NCBI GenBank assembly: GCA_009859145.1
Contig: VRVR01000055.1
Location: forward strand, 17,534 to 81,533
Reading direction: 5' to 3'
DNA length: 64,000 nucleotides
Source of the DNA: Andalucia godoyi And28
Taxonomy: Eukaryota > Protista > Jakobida
Part shown: in pieces, positions 41,670-51,333 of the stretch
How positions within the stretch are numbered: the stretch's first letter is position 1
Layout of the letters: each line of letters begins with the position of its first letter
The notes under the pieces: model-generated
Told to the model about the DNA's origin: nothing
Seen by the model: the letters and a program-made list of their open reading frames with translations, nothing else
The model's database searches: none
Position numbers and translations under genes: made by a program

Positions 41670-43694
41670 ATGGCGGTGTCGGATGTACAACTCCGATCAT
41701 CCGTCTCTGTTGAGTGGCAGAACCTCGCATTTTCATTTGGAACAAAGAAGATCTTTTCGAATGTCGATGGATGTGCACATGTTGGAGAACTCACATGTAT
41801 TCTTGGAGGGTCAGGAGTTGGAAAAACAACACTCTTGAATATGCTTGCGGATCGTGTTCCGGCCGACAAGAGAGTGGTTACGTCCGGAACGATTGTATTT
41901 GGAGGAAAAGAACGACGTCAGATATCCGACTCTGAATTCCGCAGGTTATCTGGCTATGTCATGCAACAAGACTGGCTACTGGAGACTCTGACTTGTCGAG
42001 AAAACTTGCAATTCGCGGGACTGCTAAGACTTCCCAGCCAAATGACGAAAGCAGAAATGCTCGCAAAGATCACAGACATCGAAAACCAATTGGTTCTCGG
42101 AGAGTGCGCAAATGTGATGACCATGAATTTGTCTGGCGGCCAGAGAAAGAGACTGTCGATCGGAATGGAGCTCATCACCGATCCATCCGTCCTGTTCCTG
42201 GACGAACCAACCAGCGGCCTGGATTCATATTCCGCACGCACGGTCATTCGACACCTGCGAGCCATGGCAGTCAGGTCCCAACGCACAATTCTGTGTACCA
42301 TACACCAACCGTCATCCGATGTCTTTGCGCTTTTTGATCGTGTGCTGGTTTTGGGAAAGGGTGGAGTGGTCTACTGCGGCTCTCGATCCATGATCACCCA
42401 ATACTTTGCAGATATAGGATTTCCCTTGCCGGCGTTCCTGAACCCAGCCGATGTTTGCCTAACTATTGTTCAGTCGCTCCATACTTTATCGTCTCCCAGT
42501 CCTGCAAGTTCAGAACCCGCAGATATCGTAGAAGGCGGTTCCGAAACGGAAGGACACCATGAAGTTGTGCAGCTTCCCGCAAACCCCCACGAGGCCGGGT
42601 CGGCTGCAGATGTCGCCATGGATGAAATTGATCTTTTGATACGAGACAAGCAGCATCTTGATTTTGTCGCCACGTTCGCCAAATGGTCCACCGCCCATGC
42701 TTGCACCGCTACACCAGTGATGCACAATGCACGTCCCTCGACAATAGACACTGTTCTAGAAACTGCCATTGCCGAGGATGGTCAGCGTGAATCTGTTGTC
42801 CAGAGGAATACCACTGACAAGGAAGGAACGCACGCTTCTCGTGAACTGGGCCTGATTGCACAGACCGTACTACTGGTGAAACGAAACATGCTGTCGTCCT
42901 CTCGCAATCGGTTTGTGATGAGCTTGCGACTTGCACAGACGCTGTTTCTGTCGATGATTGTGGGTCTGATCTTCCTCCAACTCGATACGGATCAGAAAGG
43001 AGTGCAGAACCGTGAAGGTGCATTGTTTCTCTCCGCAACCGCCATGATCATGAGCGGTATCACAAGCTGTCTCTTTGTTTTCCCTCGTGAAAAGCGTGTC
43101 TTTCTGCGCGAGTATACGTCTGGAAGCTACTCTTCTCTGTCTTTTTTCTTTTCCAAAGCGATCACCGATTTGCCTTTTCAAATTATATTCCCTTGTTTGT
43201 ACGGCGTGATTGTGTACTGGATGGTTGGTTTCCAGGACACCGCGTCCAAATTTTTTACATTTCTCGGTGGGGTTATTCTGCTGTCAAATGTAGGCTCCTC
43301 CGTTGGTTTCCTGCTTGCAGTCAGCGCTCCAGATCCGGATGCAGCGATCTCGCTTCTTCCTTTCGTCATGATTTCTGCAATGGTATTCGGAGGTCTCTTC
43401 ATCAACACCAGCAGTGTTCCCGTCTATTTCTTACCCTTTCAAATGATCAGCTACATCAAATGGGGCTTTGAGGGTCTGTCCATCAACGAGTTTGAGGGTC
43501 TTTCGCTCCACTGCAAATCCTCACAAGTTGTCAATGGGCAGTTCTGTCCGGTAACCAGCGGTAAGCAAGTCCTCGACAGTCTCGCCTTTGACAGTTCGAC
43601 AGTCGCACTGGCATTTGGAATTCTTTTGGCCGAATTTTTTGTTTTCCGCTTGTTGTCCTTCCTTGTTCTTTCCATTATTGTCAAGAAGCAGTAA
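41670..43694 (+). CDS. ABCG: ABCG (White-type) half-size ABC transporter (674 aa)
   Basis: Walker A GGSGVGKT, LSGGQRKR, VLFLDEPTSGLDS, TIHQP, C-terminal 6-TM domain. Confidence 0.95.
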   Translation: MAVSDVQLRSSVSVEWQNLAFSFGTKKIFSNVDGCAHVGELTCILGGSGVGKTTLLNMLADRVPADKRVVTSGTIVFGGKERRQISDSEFRRLSGYVMQQDWLLETLTCRENLQFAGLLRLPSQMTKAEMLAKITDIENQLVLGECANVMTMNLSGGQRKRLSIGMELITDPSVLFLDEPTSGLDSYSARTVIRHLRAMAVRSQRTILCTIHQPSSDVFALFDRVLVLGKGGVVYCGSRSMITQYFADIGFPLPAFLNPADVCLTIVQSLHTLSSPSPASSEPADIVEGGSETEGHHEVVQLPANPHEAGSAADVAMDEIDLLIRDKQHLDFVATFAKWSTAHACTATPVMHNARPSTIDTVLETAIAEDGQRESVVQRNTTDKEGTHASRELGLIAQTVLLVKRNMLSSSRNRFVMSLRLAQTLFLSMIVGLIFLQLDTDQKGVQNREGALFLSATAMIMSGITSCLFVFPREKRVFLREYTSGSYSSLSFFFSKAITDLPFQIIFPCLYGVIVYWMVGFQDTASKFFTFLGGVILLSNVGSSVGFLLAVSAPDPDAAISLLPFVMISAMVFGGLFINTSSVPVYFLPFQMISYIKWGFEGLSINEFEGLSLHCKSSQVVNGQFCPVTSGKQVLDSLAFDSSTVALAFGILLAEFFVFRLLSFLVLSIIVKKQ

Positions 43695-43869
43695 GCCAAA
43701 CGCCCGCCTTCGAACGTTCAGCCCCTAGGAAGCAAACACTCTAATGAAAGGTTGTGACGTGTGAGTTTGTTGGGAAACTACAATTTTCTTCGCCTTTTTG
43801 ATGCCGATCCTGGGAATGACCCATTGACACATACACATTCGAATTTCCTTCCAAAATCGTCCTGTCAAA

Positions 43870-44010
43870 ATGTTGAAATATACCCTAGAACAGAGAGAGA
43901 GGGTTTGTAGATTAACGAAGATGGAGATGACATGGCCAAAGTAGACAAAATATTGAAAGTCAATCCGAAGACTGCGTCTGCATGGATTCAAAAGTACCAG
44001 CGCGCTGTTT
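43870..44010 (+). pseudogene. transposase-type helix-turn-helix relic
   Basis: MLKYTLEQRERVCRL, a 1-nt frameshift, then EDGDDMAKVDKILKVNPKTASAWIQKY, resembling the N-terminal HTH of Tc1/IS630-type transposases. Confidence 0.5.
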
Positions 44011-45326
44011 GGATTGATTTAACTTGTGCACTTGCTGTTTTGCTCCGAACGCATTGCCAGGCGATTGGCCACGTATATTGAAGCGTGTCTTGTGGGAGAG
44101 CTCAAAGGATCTGGTGGCGAGCATGCCGACGCGAAGTTGGAGAAGGCTATTCGGCAAGTGTACCAACGCTTTGCACACATGGTCGAAGAGTGCGGGATAC
44201 GCGGACGCTCGTACTGGGGATTTGTGTGCAACCGCACGTCGATCGTCTTCCTGCATCTGCGCATTCTGCAGACTCGCAAAGGGTGGGACTATGACTTTTT
44301 CGAAACTAATCCTGTTGCATTGGACACCGAGGGTTTGTACGCGCTGTGCACGTTGTTGTCGTTTGACTCTCATGCATTGTGTTCCTGGGACGGAGAGGCT
44401 CCGCCCGTGGTGTCCGCTGCATCGTCTGCGATCATCGATTCGCTATCGATTGCACAACAGGTCCAGTTAGTTGGGATGTGGTCGAGATTGCGGTGGCTGT
44501 CGTGGATCAGACGACCTCGGTTGTCGTGAAATGCTTTCCGACGTCGAAACTCGCAGATATGGAGATGGAGAAAAGTGCACTGACAGAACTTGCTACAATC
44601 GACTGGAGCGGTCATAAGTACTGAGTGCCGTCCCTTCTGCTCGCCGAGCAGTCCGAGCGCGGTGGTGTTATCTGCACGACTCCCGTGGGCAGCCCTTTGC
44701 CACTTGCATCGTGCTTTTCCGAGCCTGCGATGCTTTATTGTTCCCGGCTTCTCCACCAGCTGATATCCATCGTGTCGAGCTGCCACGAGAAGGGCATCTA
44801 CCACATGGACATTTGTCCGTAGAACATCATCCTTCTGAGCGAGCCAGTCAATGAATTTCTGTTCCCAGTATGCTTGATTGATTGGGGCGGTGCTTCGTTT
44901 ATGCAAAAGCGAAATGACGAGTTTCACTACCATTCTGCCTTCTCGCCCGATTGGCTGGATTCAGTGACATCGTTGACAGATCTGTCCGATGGCGAGCGGT
45001 TGCAGGTCTGTTTGCAGCAGGCAATCTTGACTACCATGTACTTTGCATTTGGCGACGTGCTCTCGGGGCTGCCTCCAATGGCCTTTATTCTTGATAAGAA
45101 GAATCTGCAACAGGATTCGCACTCTCGCGTGCGGACCAAAACAGAGCTGTTTGAGATTCGAAGAGAAATCATCGCTCATCTGCCGGATCCCTCGCTTGAT
45201 ACACCAGTGCTGGCCGGCCGCGACTCTCTACGATTGCTTTTCCAGCAGCCGAGGGACGCGGCGCCGACGTTTTTTAAATTGGAAGAGCGAAGCACCGCAG
45301 GTTGTTTGCTTTTGAGCCGTGTGTGA
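44010..45326 (+). pseudogene. 5'-truncated CR effector pseudogene, copy 6
   Basis: Collinear with copy 7 from just before the VDLLFC motif. Lesions: a ~40-nt frameshifting deletion at ~44478, TGA for Trp at 44622-44624 and TAG for Gln at 44820-44822. Confidence 0.9.
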
Positions 45327-46400
45327 GAGTCTTGCACGACCGTCCGCGGATAACTCAATCCGGACTTGAGCATTCGACAAACGCAACAGACCTTGAAATT
45401 TTTCTCGCATTTTGGCATTTCTGGTCAGCATATGTGTCGATCAAGTAGATGACTGAATTCAGTTAACGAATCGTACCCCCAGTTACTCTTCTGGAAGTTC
45501 GTAGGTTGCACCCTTTCATTCAAATTAGTTCTTCCTTGTTATGCTGACATGGGTTGAAAAACCCCATCATGGTTTCTGGAATGAGACAGGTGTACATCAC
45601 AAGGAGAACCGAGGATAATGCTAGCGGAACAGTCAAGCATACGGTGTTCGGATGTTTGATTTGCCATCTCCCCCTCCAGCATCTGTCGGGGAAGCCGAAG
45701 AGCGAAGAATGGCAGTTACTGCAGACACGATGCGAAACATAAACAAGAAAATTGCCGGTCGGTGGCAATGACCCATCTGAGTCTCGAATTGAAAGCTTTC
45801 AACGTGGACTTCCGCTTTTTCGCGCTTTTTTCTGACCATCTGACAGGCTTTCGGAATGCTCGTCCCGGATGGAACCATCGAAAACTCGAAAATTTTCTCC
45901 CCCTCTTATTGCCAACCCTGAATGATCGCAAATCAGATGTCATTCTGGAATCGTCTGTCGATCACATGCTCACATCGGAGCTCCGCTAGGTTGTTTGCTC
46001 GCATCTCCGGTCATCGTTTTCTGACAGCAATGGAGATGCAAGTTGGCATTTGACACTCGAGTCTCCAGGTTCCCAATGTGCTAGGACAAGTTTTTTGCAG
46101 TAGTCCGCCTGCATGAACAGAGCGGACATGTCTGGTTCCGATTATTACGAGCAGAAGCAGGGTATGTCACATCAGATACGGCTCGGAGAATGCTCGGATC
46201 TTTGCAGAATCCAATTTCGCCTTCATTTTTAGCGTTTGATCGAAAGCGAGAACTCCAGGCGGTTGGAGGCTTGTGCGAAATTGAATGGACAGCAAACATG
46301 AAACGGCACCCTTCTTGTCTTTCTTTGTGATTCTCTTTTTCTTCTTTCTTTCTTGTTATTGTTTCAAAAGTACAACAAATAACCAACCAAACAAACACGC

Positions 46401-49400
46401 ATGCGAATCTTGATCTGGCTTTTGCTGTGCATTGGAATCAGAGTAGTTACGGCGGACTTCGGTTGGAATCCCCAGGGTCCCTTGGGCTTGCCCGGTGCTC
46501 CCCAGCGGCCATGGTCAATGGTTGTTGGTCCGGACAATGTGACGTATGTTGCGTTCTCTGACATGCTTCCTCCGTTCAATGGCAAACTCCACGTGATGAA
46601 GTTTGATGGATCCGATTGGGTTGACATAGGATCTGCACCTATGTCAAACTCCGGTGCGACTTTTACAAGCATGGCGATCAGCCCCGTTGACAACAAGATT
46701 TATGTTGCATTTCAGGATGGAGCATATCAAAGTCGTTTTTCTGTTGCTACGTTTAACGGGACTGGTTGGCAGTATGTGGGTCCTCCCGGAAGTCTTACTG
46801 CGAGTGGGGGTATAACAACGATTGGTGTCAACAAGGTGGGAGATATATATGCTCTCATCCTGGAGGCGGCCACTCCAGTGACACGACAACCATACGTGCG
46901 AAAGTTCAACGGAGCGACGTGGTCCATGCTCGGAACCTATCTTTATAATGACTCGACAGAGTACACGTCTCTGGCTTTCAACGCTGCCGGAAATCCGTAT
47001 GCTGCATTCACGGCTGGGACTTCCAGCGATGGGTATGTCTCTCGTTGGACAGGATCTGCGTGGGAGATACTCCCGGACAAATTTTCGGCTCACGTACAAG
47101 CTCTCCAGCTGCAGTTGGATGCTGCTGACTCTCCATATATCGCCTACAATCAGCCATTCTCAAATTATCCTGGAAATGGCTCATATGTGAAACGTTGGAA
47201 CGGCTCTGACTGGGATATTGTCGGTGGTTCATTTGCTCCTGGCCAAGTAGTGTTTCTTGCATTTGCCATCGACAAGCATGGAAATTTGTTTGTGGGCTAT
47301 CCGGATCAATCCTACAGCTTGTTGAATCGTCTCGCTGTTGTTGTCCAGCAGTGGAATGGTTCCGTTTGGTCTCTTGTTGGAGGTACGTATGCCTATCCGG
47401 AGTTCAACGTTGTCAACTGTGAAGTCTATTTGGGAACGCCTCTGAATGCGACCGTCGTGGTCGGATTTATCGATATGACGCCATCGTACGCTGTTCGTCC
47501 TGTTGTCATGCAGTACTCCAATATCACTTGGTGTGAACCGGGGTACTTTCGGCATTCCACCTACTACAACTGCAGCGTTTGCCCTGCAGGTACATTTTCC
47601 GTAGGAGGATCGGCGTACTGCACTCCTTGTCTTGCAGGGACGTATTCCAGTGAAGGCGCTTCTAATTGCACTGTTTGTGCTGCTGGTTCCTACAACAGTA
47701 ACCAGATGTCGGTGTCTTGCACGCTGTGCTTGGTAGGAAGATCTTCTCTACCCGGTTCAACATCGTGTACGAATTGCTTGTCAGGATACCATTCTCCTGT
47801 TGCAGGCACTCCGGCATGCCTGCCCTGCCCTTCCGGTTCTTTTGCATCGGCACCAGGCACAGTGAATTGCACCTTGTGTCCATCTGGAAAATATTCACAA
47901 AGCAATAGCTCGTCTACGTGTCAGAACTGCGTTGCAGGAACCTATAACCCCATCGTGGGAGCGAATTCTTCTTCGTCATGTCTTCCATGCGCTGCTGGCA
48001 GTTATTCGGCAGTTTCAGCATCCTCGACATGCATCGGGTGTCCAGCAGGAACTGCCAGCTTGAAGATTGCTGCAAATACCTCTTTAACTTGTGTTTCATG
48101 CGGTTCTGGTTCGTATGCAACCACCAATGGTTCAACTGTGTGCACTCTTTGCGATGCTGGTACTGCGAGTGCTGCAATTGGAGCGAACCGCTCCAACACA
48201 TGTCAACCTTGTATTCCTGGATCCTATGCTCCCTTCAACGGTTCTGCGACGTGCGCAATTTGCCCTCCTGGAACCTTCGTCAACGTTTCTTCTGCAACAT
48301 CTTGCAGTCCTTGTGCAGCTGGATACTATTCCTCAACAAACGGAACAGTGAATTGCGAGTCCTGCGTCGCTGGAACTTACAGCGCAGTCACTGGTGCCAA
48401 CTCTTCCAGCATTTGCACTCCATGTGCGCAAGGATCTTTCGCAAGCTTCAATGGATCCTCTGGCTGCATGTCGTGCCCACAGGGTACATTTGGAAACTCA
48501 ACTAGCTCAACAAGTGCATCTTCGTGCTATGCGTGCCCTGCGGGCTCCTTTTCAACGACGACCGGATCTTCTACTTGCACGCTATGTGCGAGTGGAACGT
48601 TTGGAAACACGACTGGTGGTACGTCAAATGCTTCATCCTGCTATACTTGCCCTAAAGGTTCGTATTCACCGGTCAGCGGCTCGACGTCATGCACGCTTTG
48701 TGCTACAGGAACGTACAACAATCGAACAGGAGCAACCAGCTCTGCAGCGTGCACACTGTGTCCGGGGGGTACGTTTGGAAACACAACAGGGGGCTCAAGC
48801 GTCCAATCGTGCCATGCATGTGCTCCTGGGTCGTTTAGCAGCAGTGCGGGAGCCACGAACGCATCCACGTGCGTCAAATGTCCCATTGGATCGTATTCGA
48901 CATCGAAAGGCTTGATGTCATGCACTTTGTGCAGCGCAGGGACTTCAAACAACGCAACGGGCTCGTCGAGTACTTCTGCATGCACGTCTTGTTCTGCTGG
49001 GAGCTATGCGACTGCTGCAGGGTCCGCTGCATGTACCCCCTGCTCCGCTGGAACGTACAATCCGAAAACCGGCTCGACAAACAATGCATCCTGTTTGCTT
49101 TGTCCCGCGGGCACCTTCAATCCGAGCAACGGCTCGACGAATGCAACATCGTGCATTCCATGCGCTGTGAATTCATTCTCGTCGTCGGCGGGCAGCGCTA
49201 CCTGCACAGCTTGCAGCACCGGACAGTGCGCGCCCGCTGTCGGATCGACGTCCTGCGGCGCTTGCACATGCGCTCCCGGCCAGTATCGCGTCAGCGCAAC
49301 AGCCTGTGCGCAGTGTCCTGCAGGCACATGGCAAAGCTTACCGGACCAGCAGTCCTGCTACTACTGTCCCTTTGGACAGACTTCATCAGTCGTCGGTGCG

Positions 49401-50861
49401 AACAACGTCAGTGTCTGCACTCCTTGCGCTGTTGGAACGTACCCTGTGGCTGGATCTGCGAGCTGTGCGCAATGCTACCCGGGGTGGTTTGCACCAGGGT
49501 TTGGCAACGGAGGCTGCAGCCCATGCCCAGCAGGAACCTACACGGGCATCTACGCAAGCGGGGCTTGCGATGCGTGCCCAGTAGGAACGTACTCGCCAAC
49601 TGCATCACCATACTGCACGACCTGCAGCAGCGGAGTCTCCAGCGTGGACAGAGCTCCGCGGTGCAATGTCTACAATGTTTCCGAGACTGCACTGTCGCCG
49701 ACGGAACTGTCGCTGCTGGTGACAGACTGGCAGTGTGCGTCGCACCAGCTGAGCTCGTCGAATGCCTCCCTTGCTGTGTATGCGACATGGAATCGTCAGG
49801 CAGTGTCCGTGGAATCGTTTGCCTCGTGCAACGTCAGCACATTTGAAACGCTGCCGACTGCGAGCATCAAAGGAGAGTCGCTGAGCCTGGCGCTGAATAT
49901 GACAACGCTCACGTCGGCAAGCGCTTGGTTTGTGCAAGGCGCAAAGTGTTTCGTCTGCATGCGTGGATCCGCGGCAGGCAGTGCCTGGATTGCGCTGTCA
50001 GAGACGGAAGTAGTCGCCGAGAATTCGGAGGTGCTGGTAGGTGCTATTGCTCCCGGCCAGCCAAAGTTCGTTTCCACACCATCGTTCGCAACCGCCGGCG
50101 CACGAACCGTCGAAATCACTGTCACGGTGACCGGAGGCACGGTGGATGCATATCTGTCGACATCGAATCCATCGCCCTCTTCGGCGAGCTGGGAGGTCAT
50201 GCAGCGCATCGAGTCGACAACGGCAACACTATCGATCCTTGCGAGCGGGCCGGTGTACGTCGGTCTGTACAATCCAACGCCGTTGTCACCTGTTCCGGTT
50301 CTGCACTCTGTCCGCAGCTCCGGATCACAACCGACTGTGACGGTTTTCTATGCGCTCCGGAGCCCTTCTTCACCATCGTCTGACGGAAGCGGATCGGGGT
50401 CACTGTCTGCAGGAGACATTGCTGCAATTGTTTTGGTACCTCTGGTGGTCCTCGGCGCCCTTGTCGTTGGAGTCTGGTTCTGGAAACGGCGCAAGTCCGC
50501 AGCTCTGCCTTTATCTCCCGTCATCCCCATGCTTGACATGAGCACAGACGATGCGGAGTGTGGATCATCATCGAATGTTGCAGAATGCAAGATGTCGTCG
50601 AGCATTGACGTCTCTACCGTCATCGTGGAGACGGAAGCGGCGCCAGAGAAAGAAAACGTCGTCAGTGAAGAGTCGCGAATTTCCGAGCCAGAGACGAGCA
50701 TCAGTGCGGCGGAAATGGTGCCCGACACTGGTTTGAACGAAAAGTCGGCTCCTTCGAATTGTGAAGAACAATCGAACTTTGATTGTACGCCACTCCAGGA
50801 GAGAGACTCGGGAATTGCTGAGGATGTCGCTGCTGCAGACCCTCCGCCTGCCGCTGAGTAG
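46401..50861 (+). CDS. type I surface protein: signal peptide + beta-propeller + ~20 Cys-rich GCC2/GCC3 (ephrin-receptor-like) repeats + TM + acidic tail (1486 aa)
   Basis: Signal peptide MRILIWLLLCIGIRVVTA; 6-7 repeats of (F/W)(N/D)GxxWxxVG; many CxxCxxG(T/S)(Y/F) units (~47530-49680); TM IAAIVLVPLVVLGALVVGVWFW followed by KRRK. Confidence 0.9.
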   Translation: MRILIWLLLCIGIRVVTADFGWNPQGPLGLPGAPQRPWSMVVGPDNVTYVAFSDMLPPFNGKLHVMKFDGSDWVDIGSAPMSNSGATFTSMAISPVDNKIYVAFQDGAYQSRFSVATFNGTGWQYVGPPGSLTASGGITTIGVNKVGDIYALILEAATPVTRQPYVRKFNGATWSMLGTYLYNDSTEYTSLAFNAAGNPYAAFTAGTSSDGYVSRWTGSAWEILPDKFSAHVQALQLQLDAADSPYIAYNQPFSNYPGNGSYVKRWNGSDWDIVGGSFAPGQVVFLAFAIDKHGNLFVGYPDQSYSLLNRLAVVVQQWNGSVWSLVGGTYAYPEFNVVNCEVYLGTPLNATVVVGFIDMTPSYAVRPVVMQYSNITWCEPGYFRHSTYYNCSVCPAGTFSVGGSAYCTPCLAGTYSSEGASNCTVCAAGSYNSNQMSVSCTLCLVGRSSLPGSTSCTNCLSGYHSPVAGTPACLPCPSGSFASAPGTVNCTLCPSGKYSQSNSSSTCQNCVAGTYNPIVGANSSSSCLPCAAGSYSAVSASSTCIGCPAGTASLKIAANTSLTCVSCGSGSYATTNGSTVCTLCDAGTASAAIGANRSNTCQPCIPGSYAPFNGSATCAICPPGTFVNVSSATSCSPCAAGYYSSTNGTVNCESCVAGTYSAVTGANSSSICTPCAQGSFASFNGSSGCMSCPQGTFGNSTSSTSASSCYACPAGSFSTTTGSSTCTLCASGTFGNTTGGTSNASSCYTCPKGSYSPVSGSTSCTLCATGTYNNRTGATSSAACTLCPGGTFGNTTGGSSVQSCHACAPGSFSSSAGATNASTCVKCPIGSYSTSKGLMSCTLCSAGTSNNATGSSSTSACTSCSAGSYATAAGSAACTPCSAGTYNPKTGSTNNASCLLCPAGTFNPSNGSTNATSCIPCAVNSFSSSAGSATCTACSTGQCAPAVGSTSCGACTCAPGQYRVSATACAQCPAGTWQSLPDQQSCYYCPFGQTSSVVGANNVSVCTPCAVGTYPVAGSASCAQCYPGWFAPGFGNGGCSPCPAGTYTGIYASGACDACPVGTYSPTASPYCTTCSSGVSSVDRAPRCNVYNVSETALSPTELSLLVTDWQCASHQLSSSNASLAVYATWNRQAVSVESFASCNVSTFETLPTASIKGESLSLALNMTTLTSASAWFVQGAKCFVCMRGSAAGSAWIALSETEVVAENSEVLVGAIAPGQPKFVSTPSFATAGARTVEITVTVTGGTVDAYLSTSNPSPSSASWEVMQRIESTTATLSILASGPVYVGLYNPTPLSPVPVLHSVRSSGSQPTVTVFYALRSPSSPSSDGSGSGSLSAGDIAAIVLVPLVVLGALVVGVWFWKRRKSAALPLSPVIPMLDMSTDDAECGSSSNVAECKMSSSIDVSTVIVETEAAPEKENVVSEESRISEPETSISAAEMVPDTGLNEKSAPSNCEEQSNFDCTPLQERDSGIAEDVAAADPPPAAE

Positions 50862-51333
50862 AACCCCGTAAATCTCCTAGATACGCTCCATCTCATTCAA
50901 AATCAAACTGTGAAGGACACTTCTGGAGATCGCTTTTGAGAGAAACTACAAAGGATGCGTGATATGTTCGAGGAAAGTCGTCAGGGCACTGCTTCCGGAG
51001 CTGCATACACGACGGCGCCGAAGCACGTTCCGTCTCTTGTTCCAGCTTCTCCTTCAATTCTCTTTGTTGTCACGTGAATCCTGGAGTGGCGATCTATTTC
51101 CGCACATGCACACCACGATTGGGATGATTTTCACATTACGCCAGCGATTTCAAGCTGCCAGGTCCACAGAAATATCTAGAAATGCTTGATGAAGGACGCC
51201 ACTTCGTTCGTCAAATCTGTTCTTCTCACGATTTTATGCTACCAAATGTTCAGCACCACGATGTCGTCCGCACTTGGAAAGGAAGTAGCTGCAACTGTTC
51301 AATCTGGAGCATGATTGACACTTTCAATTTTAC

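Noticed and set aside
1884-44822. Stop-codon reassignment or readthrough, since in-frame TAG/TGA/TAA align with Trp, Gln or Glu in paralogs (2538, 1884, ~31775, 35545, 44622, 44820)
   Set aside because: The same loci also carry frameshifts or deletions, TAG corresponds to both Trp and Gln, and intact genes end on all three stops. Single-base nonsense mutations explain the pattern.
45330-46400. Short ORFs upstream of the large surface protein
   Set aside because: No motif or paralog; treated as intergenic or unrecognisable relic.
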